A stretch of 63,697 bases of DNA, filler included, from Lenisia limosa (lineage: Eukaryota > Protista > Breviatea), in the NCBI GenBank assembly GCA_001655205.1. It is 8 parts of 8 records of this genome, joined end to end, with 100 filler letters (N's around TTAATTAATTAA, not from the genome) between each part and the next. Parts side by side here need not be neighbours in the genome. Positions count along the whole stretch, not along the records: positions 1 to 20,849 come from LPNZ01002478.1; 7 more parts are not named here. One strand, written 5' to 3'. The notes under the pieces are model-generated. The model did not search any database. It saw nothing but the letters and a program-made list of their open reading frames with translations, and was not told the origin of the DNA. Shown piece by piece: positions 1 to 10,800 of the stretch (position 1 is the stretch's first letter; the number at the start of each line of letters is the position of its first letter). The position numbers and the translations under genes were made by a program.

Positions 1-45
1 GACGGCTTCGGCCAGATACTACCTTATTTATTACTTCTCATTGCT

Positions 46-3000
46 CTATATATTATATACTTGAATGCTCTCTTCAGATTGATCGCAAATTTGTAATTTT
101 CTATGTAACATGGTGTAGGAGGCAAGCCGAGATTTGCAAAAGGAAGACGTATTCACGATCCCCATGGACCACATGGTATGCAGGGCCTGAACTAAGTTTG
201 GAACAGACATGCCCAGATTCTCTCCACTTTTCATGTTGAGGTCCTGTATGGTGGTAATATGTGGTCACAACTACACTCTGATAGGATTAGTTTCTGAATA
301 ATACTCAAGCGCTAATAATCACGTTATTTGACCTTTCAGAGCGAAACATATACCTCAAAACAGACCTCATTTGAGACTTCCGACCTCAGTTCTGAAGCAG
401 AACTTTCGGTGAATACGTAAGAGGATTACTCAAACCCCAATTTGATGATTTCGTGAAGGTCTCTGAGTTTATTGTAAAACTGAAGATTTTTGATCCATCT
501 CCTTTAACCCTACTCCAGCACCGACACCTTTGAGGATTCAGTCTCAGGAGAACTTATTTAAATTTGTCAGTTTCTCCATGTACATTAAATTCGTTTTTAT
601 TATGAACACTATATTTTACAAAGTTTACATGCTGTACATACAATCAATTAGTAAAGTTCCACCCTGAGAGCCACCCATATGGACTGTGTTCCTAATGGCA
701 GTAACGGCGACTATACATAATATATCATATACATACAGTGATCGGGATAAGTCTTGACCGATTTACTATGAGATTTCACAAGGAAAATAGGTCAAGACTT
801 ATTGTACATACATCTGAAGGTATCTTAAATGAACTTTTGAATAAAATAGAGAGCACCGTTATGAACTCCCTCTGAAAAGCCACTCACCTTTTCGGGACAG
901 GGCTGGGTTGAGACTGGCCGCATAATCCGTGTAGTAAGATGAGGAGTCACCATTATAACTACAAATGTCACCAATTCACACTAAATTTGGTGCTCCTAAT
1001 GAGGACTTGCGATAGTATGTTGTAAGTATGATATGACGTGTATGTCTATGTACATGGTTCAATATCTACTACAATTGCAAAAAAAAAATTGAACACAAGA
1101 GTAACGATGCTACTTATGAATACACGTAATGCAATGATGAGATGATGGAAGGATTAAGGATGACGGCTTACGCGGCGTTTGTTTGGTACTCATTGCATCG
1201 GCCAACAAAGCACTTATGACTATCAGTATTTCTGAAGTGTTAGTAGCGCAATACGCTTCCCTGAGAATTGTGGAATAATGACAGGATAACACAAATATGT
1301 TTGAGAAAAAAACACCAAACAATTTTTGAGAGACTCAACAAATCAAATATTCTTATATACTATTGCAATAGTATTATAAGTTAGTATATGATATACTACA
1401 TGATATATATACATACATGTATATAGTACTATTTATATAATATATCATATATAATCATTCAAAGAAATCGAAAAAGTGTGCAGTTTAAAGCAAACCTGTA
1501 CATTCCAAAAGCAGCTGAAGTACCACCACCAGAGCCATAATTAGCCATATCCACTCCACCTGCTGAATGGGGTCAAAGGAAACTGAATAGTTTCATCACC
1601 AAAAAGATACACTGAATAATGCAATCTAACAAACAACAATGCTAATCCAAGACACTTGAATAAGGGGAAAATGCAAGCAAATAGGTAACAATTGAAAAAG
1701 GGAATAAAAAAGAGCTGAAAAAAACACGAACCACTTCTGCAATACACTATCTCACCTGCACTGTCTCGGCGGTTACTGATTAGAGTGTTCTTCTCACTAT
1801 TGTAGTTCAACCCATACCGGTTGATTCCATCCGGAGAAACAAATCTAAACAGGTCAACGACTTGCACCATCAAGCACAAAATTTAACACTTTGATCTAAC
1901 ATCACAATAAAGCAAACAGTTGATTAAGAGTCAACGTCTAACATCACAATAAAACAAGCATTTGATTAAGAGTCAACAGCTAACATCACAATAAAACAAG
2001 CATTTGATCAAGAACGTCGTTAACTCAGCGCTCCGATTTTCCCTAATCAACGGTCTCCTTTTCACAAAATTCGATAAGAGTTCAAAAAATGGACAAGACG
2101 ACAGAACCCAGCCACCCTTGAATGGTGGTTCTTTCTTGAGCATTGTCAACTGTATCAAAAAGCTCGTCTTTATTAATGTTGTCCGGAATCTAAAAAATTA
2201 AGCCAACATTACTTAATATCGTAGGAAGAGGACATATCATTAACTTAGATTCAAAAAAACATTGTTTTTTTTTCAAAATTTTAGATTAATCATCAGAAGC
2301 AAAATCTGTGTCCATAGAAATATGTATAGTAGTATACTATGTATGGTATATATATCGATATATCACAACATAAATGGGTACTTTGAAACAACACTGGTCA
2401 TTTGAAAAGAAAGGGAAGGATGTCTCACCTTGATACCCCACACTTCATTAACTGTAGATCCAAACCCAAACACCAGCTCAACAGGCTTATCTACGACAAA
2501 TCTACAAAATCATGACGGAGCAGGTCGAAGGGGACAAACCTGAGAGGGATTGAGAATGTTGAGGTGCTGGCCATACCATTCGAAGCTCCAATCTGGACAA
2601 ATGAGAAAGACAAGCAATACAAGTACTTAGAAAAAATACTGTCAGGCTGAAGTAGGAGAAGTCAGGACTACCTTATTAATGAAGTTTCTGAGAAAGACTG
2701 TTTCGACCATGTCTGCACCGTTTTGCACAGACTTGGCCATAACCATCCACATTTGATCAAACAGTCGCTACAAGGCGTAAATGTGATGTGAATGCGCGTG
2801 ACATATCATATGATATACAATTTGTGTGGAATGTTGAAAGAAGATTTGAAAGTGAAACTGTTTGGAATGGGAAATGGGTCATCTTTATAGTATACAGAAA
2901 ACACCTCTAACCAGGCACTTTAGATCAACATAGGAATTTTGGAGTCGGATGGTGTAAAGATGTGAGTTCATGAGTCCATTACAGTTAGTGGGGAAATGAG

Positions 3001-5200
3001 ACTCAATTTCTTCAAGGCCTGTCACTACAGAATAACATGACAGTTGTGAATTTGAAATCAAAAATAGTCACCATTGTATCACAACATGACAGTTGTGAAT
3101 TTGAAATCAAAAATAGTCACCATTACCATTATACTGGTGAATACTTCGGTACAAAACAAAATTGAATTTGAAAAAAACTGTTGGGATGCTAACCAGAATC
3201 TTGAAGGTTGGATAGAGACTTGTTTGAGGGCAGGATAAAGTCTTCTGCTTGGAAGGTACCCGTTGTCTCAGCGTTCTCCTCCGTTGTCGTGAGGCTGCGA
3301 TAGTAAATACTGTAGTTTAGTAAAATCTGCGCAAGCCTTTCACAATTCACAGGGTTTCTTTGTTTAACAATGTGTACATTAACAAAAACTCAAGGCAACT
3401 GATTGGATGGGTTAATATTACACTATAACCCAATATCGGGTATACACCCCGTGCCCAATACAATGTATTGGTGTAGACCGCTTCAGTTAGATAAAACCTA
3501 TTCTCTAAATACCTTCGGCCAAACTGCAAAATGCCACGTGTACACATTGCATAACTTTCACTAAATCCCGCACGCTTACAATGCGGAAATGCTGGTGAAA
3601 CATACAACCAGAAACAGGAGGAGGGAGGCAGAAATTGTCATCTAGAATTGTGACTCAAGAGCACCCAGGGGAAAACAGCAAACTTCTAACGATAGGATTA
3701 ACAATATACAACATTGCGGAACAACACTGACCGAATTCCTGGGGACAGATACTTGAAGAAGAAAGATGAAGAGAAGAAAACAACAACGAATCGTTGTTTT
3801 TCACTTCGACATTTTAGCGGAGTTCTCAATAAACCAATAAAGCGGTTTGTGTTTTCTTTCTGTTACATAGTAATATAATAATAATAATTATATATAAATT
3901 TGTTTTATTGTTGATGGTTGATGATTGATGATTGGGATTGGTTGACACAAAATTCTTCCCTGTTCGCCGGCGGGTCTAACTCCGATTTTTCCAATGTTTT
4001 TGTTATATAGAACATGGGGGAGCGAATATGTAACATGCTTTTCGTCGGACCAATTTTGACAAATTTTGATAATTGTCTCAAATAGCAAATATAGCATAGA
4101 GACAAAGGGCAATACCTAAATTGAATAAAAAGGAAAAAGTAGCAGCGTACCACAACGGATAGAATACTCCGACTGATAACAGCATTCTTCAGCTCACAGC
4201 CTTCCCATGGATATGGGGTGAAGAAAGGGGTCCAGCCTTCGAAAACGAGGAGATGCTGATCCCCCTTCTTCTTCTTAGCCTTCTCGCAATGGCAGTCTCC
4301 ATAAGGTATTTATTGTCAGATTTTGGGCATCTTTTTATACAACAGCATCTTTTCTGGGAATCATCATTTGCTCTTTGAAATGATTGAATTGGCCTATGTG
4401 TGTGTGTATGTGTTCAATCAATCCATTTTATCTATCTAAACGTATATAAATNNNNNNNNNNNNNNNNNNNNNNNNNNNNNNNNNNNNNNNNNNNNNNNNN
4501 NNNNNNNNNNNNNNNNNNNNNNNNNNNNNNNNNNNNNNNNNAGTACTCCTCCATTACCCATTAGCTTCCCTCCGCAAGGTGTTATGCTGCCCTCTGTTTA
4601 CGAGGTTGTGACAAAAGAGTGGATGGATGAAAAGGTTTGCTGGAGATTCAATTCATATAAACACCAAATGTGACCTCATCGAAGTGCCACTTCACACTGT
4701 CCTCATATCAATCCAGCTTATGTTTATTGAAGAAGATTGCATACACTCTTGTTTATTATTGGGATAGGCGGCAATCTTCACCAACGACATGGAGACGTAT
4801 TTCATTGTGGACAAGGTTGGATACAGCATTTGTTTTGTTAAATATGGCGTAGATTCTGAAACAATTGAATCAAATTGATATTGGGGGTTTTGAGACCGAA
4901 CTTGTTCAAGCAGGAGCTGCCTTTTTTCACTGCACCTCTTATACTTCTTATACCCCAGGAAAATATTCAAGAGCACACCAATGGTATGATACTCACTGTT
5001 GTTTTTTATGAAATACTATGTTTCTATGATAACAGTTGATTTCTTCTTATTCCATGACTTGCAGATCTGGATTGCTTTTTTCCAACTCTTGAAGACAGTA
5101 TTTCGCTAAGTATGACGGATGTTCATATTAGCAATAACACTGTCCGCGCTGTTGCCACCTTAAATGTCAAGGGGATGGGGATCTTCTTCTAATCCATATC
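46..5200 (-). CDS. Uncharacterised multi-exon gene(s); boundaries and number of genes uncertain
   Basis: Short open segments bounded by GT..AG, e.g. FVVDKPVELVFGFGSTVNEVWGIK (~2426-2503, donor GTGAG), VVDLFRFVSPDGINRYGLNYNSEKN (~1760-1860), YNGDSSSYYTDYAASLNPALSRK (~890-958, donor GTGAGT). No family recognised. Confidence 0.4.
736..802. mobile_element. Tc1/mariner-like MITE family A, right TIR truncated
   Basis: TA|CAGTGATCGGGATAAGTCTTGACCGATTT...AAAATAGGTCAAGACTTAT; same TIR as copies at 21286, 26381, 39665, 53637 and 63085. Confidence 0.8.
1895..2010. repeat. ~42-bp tandem repeat, 3 copies, intronic
   Basis: (TC)TAACATCACAATAAA(A)CAAGCATTTGATTAAGAGTCAAC repeated. Confidence 0.85.
3033..3124. 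repeat. Direct repeat, 2 copies of ~42 bp
   Basis: AACATGACAGTTGTGAATTTGAAATCAAAAATAGTCACCATT occurs twice. Confidence 0.85.
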
Positions 5201-5349
5201 CTTTACAATATTACTGTGAAGGATGCTTAGTATGATATATTATGCTATGTGTTATGGTGATACACGGTTTTGTTACTTTCTCATTTTGCCCAAGAAAATA
5301 ACTGTGATTTATAACTTCATGTCAAAAATATGTATAATATATGATATGT

Positions 5350-7877
5350 ATCTTTTAGAGTTCTGTGTGACAACCCAGGGGGAATGCTCGCCGTATTCCC
5401 TTGCATTCAACACAAGTTCTGTGACATGCAAAAACGGACTCTTTGAACCCTCCCTTGAGTGTTACATAAGTGGGAAGTGGGTCACATTGATATCCCCTCT
5501 TATCCTTTTTTCTATGTTTTGTTGTTTTCACCCTCATACATGTTTTTTTATTTTTCGAATATTTTGGTTGTTGTTTTTCTGTGGCAACTCTTTTCTTTCA
5601 TAATATCCAATAGCGTGATGGTGTGGANNNNNNNNNNNNNNNNNNNNNNNNNNNNNNNNNNNNNNNNNNNNNNNNTTTTCACCGTATCAGAATGTCTCCC
5701 TTCCGACTGCACGGACTCTTCGGAGTATCTCGCGATTCCGTGTGTTAAAAGGGCATCATTCGCCACCTGCAAACCATGTGCAGACCTATCCCGACACCCA
5801 GCTGATGGAAACAAATGCGGCGTTTGCCTTGACGGGTTCACGATTGCCTCGGAAAAAGTGGACACTATTGAACCGTGCACTGGTAGGGTGACATCTGTTG
5901 ATGTGTTATAGCTATAGATCTCTCCACCTGAGACCTAGTCTTACTATTGAGCCACTTATAATCTGTTCCCCTTTGAGGACGTTATCAATATTTACGATAA
6001 TATTATTTTATAAAGCCTTTGATGCAATTCTAACTCTCTGCTGTGACATAAGACGGATTTAGGAGGGCCTACCTGGGTTATCATGCATATAGTATCATAT
6101 ACTATATACTATATCATATGTGAATAATTCTGCTTTACGTTGAGTTTGGCTTGCTTCTCTCCTAGTTAATCCATATAGGATGCTCTGATTGTGAACATGA
6201 TTTCTACCGAACGGAAAAGTGCAAAGACGGTGAAGACACAGTGTAAGCTTTCATCTTTTCTTGTATTTGCCTCAAACAGTATTTACTTGACTTGCATTGT
6301 GACGGAATAGGTGTGTTGCCTGTAGTACTATCCACAGGCTCGGGGCGGAGGGTAACGGATGTGGGGCCTGCACCAAGGGCTTCTACCATATAACAACCGG
6401 AAACATCAATAGTCTGGACAAGTGCACTGGTAGGGCATTTTGCTAAGCATTTTGGCTGGTACTGTTTTGATTCTAATATCATATGATATGGTAATAGGGT
6501 CCACCTGAAAATGCATAGTATGTTGAGAATTATTTTGTAAGGTCAAGTCATTTGACAATGATATTCGCTATTAAACACCCTCACGGCTCCAGGGTGTTCA
6601 TTACACCATCGTGTATCTCTCAACACGGACCGGACCTCATGTGGTCAATGTGGACTGAACTATTTCCACACTGCTACGTCCGGCATCGCCACCTGCAATG
6701 GTGGGTACCTGAAAGTTATCTGGATTGAATAAATCCTATGATGATTGAATCAATACTATGATGGTTGAATCAATACTATGATGTGTAAAAACTGGAAACA
6801 TATAAGTTTGTACTATGATGAAGAATAATAAGTTTATACTCTGATGTAATCACATGATAGGTCAAGACAGCCAATTGAACCGCTTCATCCCGAACGGAGT
6901 TCTTTGGTTTCTAACCACTTAGCATGTAGCAAGAAATGCGCCTCATCGACGCAGTACATCAGCACGTTCTGCACTCCAACAGCGAACATTGGGTATGCTG
7001 CGCTGATGAGGGGTTGAGTCCCAGGCTTTCTAAAGGTTGAACTAAGTTGTTGCTGGCTCCACAACAGCCCGACAAAATAACCGTATTTCGTGGGAAAACA
7101 TGGATATTTCACCAGTCTTTGCAATGACTATCCCCAAGGTGTTCCGCTTGTAGCAGTCGAGGCCGAACAAATGGTGATGCTGTCAAGTGCGGGCAGTGTC
7201 TCTCAGGCAAATACAACACCATCTCCGGGGATGCTGCTGGAACTGCTATGTGCTATGGTTGGTGGGTTGTTCTATTCTGGCGGCACCAGCCGAAAATCCC
7301 GGGGGGTTTTAGGAGTATTGACGCGATATAGGTTGTATGGCACATTACAACCGTTATGGCAATTCAAGCGATCGGAGCAAGTGCGGTACTTGTGTTACCA
7401 ATTCCTGGTCAAATGACGCAGTTGGAATTACCTCCTGTTCAAGTTTGTCTGGCACTGAAAGATTTCACTTTATCAGGAAATTTCAAATGACCCATATTGA
7501 CACTTTAGAATGTTACTGCCCTAAGAGTAACTACCCTTCGCCGTGTAACAAGGACTTTGTTAACGACATCGGCCATTGCCCTTCCTGCATCGCTCTCAAG
7601 AGGTACCCCGGTGATGGTAACTTTTGTGGAGAATGTTTATCTGGGTTTGCAGGCCCTCTAAATTATTTGAAATCCAACAAGGCCTGTAGTTGAGGTCAAT
7701 ATGGTAATAGTATTATTAGGTGCTTGGTATGTTTTATGCGTGGAGGTTATCATAAAATATACATTTTGTTTGGACAGTGTCGAGAAGGGGGTGTCTTCAT
7801 TTTGTTTGGACAATCAGACTAGAAGTACCTTCTGGATTCAAAAAAAATACCATTACTACAGCGTTAAATCAGCTTGA
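5350..7877 (+). CDS. Cysteine-rich repeat (furin/TNFR-like) secreted or surface protein, multi-exon
   Basis: Repeated module CxxC..(R)xxDGNxCGxCxxGF..C: CKPCADLSRHPADGNKCGVCLDGF (~5767), CVACSTIHRLGAEGNGCGACTKGF (~6313), CPSCIALKRYPGDGNFCGECLSGF (~7577). GT-AG junctions separate the modules. 5' end lies near or in a gap. Confidence 0.7.
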
Positions 7878-10800
7878 CATCCTCCCTAGCCTCTTCCGCA
7901 ATAGCTCTCTTCATAGCCTCCTGTCGATGAAGCATTGTATTCACGTCGTTTCTACTGTGTGAGATTTGTCCAGCTGAAATCATAGAAGGTGGTAACACCA
8001 AACCATTGAAGAAAGACATTTGCAGAAACAAACCCGCCTACACGTTTGCGAAGCAGACAAAGCGATTGTGCCCCTCCTCAAGCTTCCTTGCTCTGCCTTG
8101 CATCTACAACGGTCAGCTAACCAAAACAAAAATACGAAATCTAGATTGAAAACCGACTGATATTACTAAAAACAACACGGATTTCCCCGCGATACCTGGA
8201 CAAACGAGTTACGCGTCACAGCTTCATTGAACTGAATCACGAGATTGGCCTTGGTGTCGATACCCTCGGATATGCACCCTTCCGTACCAACAAGCACAAC
8301 ATCGCCTTTCTCTTCCTGATTTGTCATTATGGGCATTTTGCAATTATATGTGGTTATGTCGCCAAGGATATTCAAATAGAATTGCCAAATCCTGGAAATG
8401 TTTATCACATACTTCGAATTTTAGGAGGACGTTGCTTGAGGAACTGCCAGTTTTGTGTATATTTATGCCAGACTGGAGCATATTTTGCACTAACCTCTTT
8501 AACTAAGGAGTTAAGGCTACCAAAGAGGATATTATATAGTATTGATATATTTCCTGCAAGCACAGAGTATTTACACAAGTGTACTTATGCGAATACGATT
8601 CATGCAATTTGTGCCATATGCATATCATATGATATTGTAAGATGTATATTATGTGTTGTATCAAATGCACGACACCCTGGTTATGCCTTTTCACATACCT
8701 CCTTATCCCCCACGAGTTCTTTTCGAGAACTCGACGACCCGACAGCCAGAAGCGTTTTGATCTTCATGTTGGTGACATGAGACCTGGGGTATTACAAGAT
8801 GTTATGTTAACTTCGGTCGCTTTATCAGGCTTACATGGACAGTATGGATTCGATGAAGGTGGCAGTGAGGCGGGTGATTGTAGAGATTAGAATACGTTTG
8901 GAGCCGTTTCCGGGAGGGCTGTAGTTACTCATTTCACCAATGAGTTCAGCAAACTGCAAATGCGTGAGGGAAAAAGAGCTATTGTGACGAAAATAACACG
9001 AAGGTTGATCTGTGTATGAAGTATCTTAGTATTTCGTGAAAAATGATAGTTTGAACGTTTAAAAATGATCTTAAGTGATATGATTCTACGTATGATTAGG
9101 AGAGGCCAATTAACAGTTAAGAGCCAAACATACCTTCTTATTGTCCTTCAACTCAATGCTCTTTTCATAGTTAGCAAATATGTGTCGTCGAAGACTTTCA
9201 GTGCGGACAAGAAGACGGAGAAGAGGCTTCGTTGGCTGTACAATAAGATTTGAGAATTCGATACTACTCTACATAAAAGATATCAATGCCCACCTGAGTT
9301 CTGTCAATGTTGTTGACATCAATGTTTTGCTTTGAAACTTTGCTGAAATCTTCGAGAAATTGGACCGCGCTGTCTCCTGAGTAAACGTCTTCTGCTTTAT
9401 CCTTGAATGTAAAATGGGAATGTGCTGCAGAGTATGCACTAAGATTTTTAATTGTGATAAATGAAGAGAGAATACAACATTGCTCGGAGTAGGCCTCCCT
9501 GCATACCGTAGCAAACAAGTGGGAGAGCGCAAACTCAGCCATTCCTTCGCCCTGATGAGTAATAGAGGAATATTTAAGAGAATGTTGCAATAATAATCAA
9601 TCACAGAATGTAAGTTTGTTCACGAATTTTGAAAATCACGCATCAAATAGTAACCCCACAAACATAATCACCCAAGACATGCCAGATGAAAAACAATAAG
9701 TTGACGTAAATGAGGGCAATTGAGTTCGACAGTTGGAGCTGATATGTAAGAAGAAAAAAAACGCAAATCGCAGGTGAAGAAGACATTACTAACTTGTCGA
9801 TCTCGTTCACGCTCGTCTTCGTAGCCGTACTTTCCCTAGAACTTAAAAACAAGCACTTTTGTCTTTGTTTACTACAAAAACAAGGTTGTATCTGGTCGAA
9901 GCCATTTACACCATCATGCTTATAAGAGATATTGAATTATAGAATAATATCATATTAATTTACCCAATCACTGTGCACAGCTTTCTACGTGCCATAATAC
10001 AAGAAACCACAACCTTGAAATCAGAGTAAACCCCCACCTTGAAATCAGAGTAAGACTCTTTGGATAGCACCTTCGCGGTATTGAGATTATAGGATTTCAC
10101 AGCATATCCAAACTGGAAAAATAATACAAGAATTTCAAGGGCTACTGAGAGTGCTTACATGTATTGTATATATACATGTACATCATAGCGTAACCCAACG
10201 TTAAACCACAATAATAAGCCTCACATATGACTCTTCATTTGGACACTCTAATATCTGAACCCCCCCCCCGGTAATATACCAATAGTAATCAAGTTTATTG
10301 AGAAATTCAGTCTTTTGGGACCGTTGGGATTCCTTTTACCCAACCTCTGCGTTCAAAGCATCAAGAAGTTTGCCTGAGGTTAAAGTATTTTCCTTCACTT
10401 CCATGATTGGAGGTCGAGTAATGTCGTCTAAATCTCGCAGACTCTGTAACAGTGATATCAAAATAATATTACATCTTTAATGTACAGATGAGAAATATAA
10501 AAAAAAGGAGAGTGGCCTAAACGTATGTAATGTAATAACAATAAAACGAAACAATTTGAAATCACACCTGCTCTTCCAGAGGATGGACCAGTATCCTGGC
10601 ACCAAGGTTCTTCTTCAGACCAGAAATGTCTATTGCGTCGGATGCTGGAAACAAGTGAGAAAAGATGTCACAATTGCTGCCTAGGTTGTAAACAGAGCAA
10701 GATCTTGCATATATCAATTGCTAAAGAAGATGTCCAGCTTTCTGAATGGAAAATATGTTTGCATATGATATTATTGATATGATATACTACTATGTACTAT

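Noticed and set aside
1505-1540. GSGGGTSAAFG as an amidase signature
   Set aside because: No catalytic Lys or GxDxGGSxR motif found in neighbouring exons.
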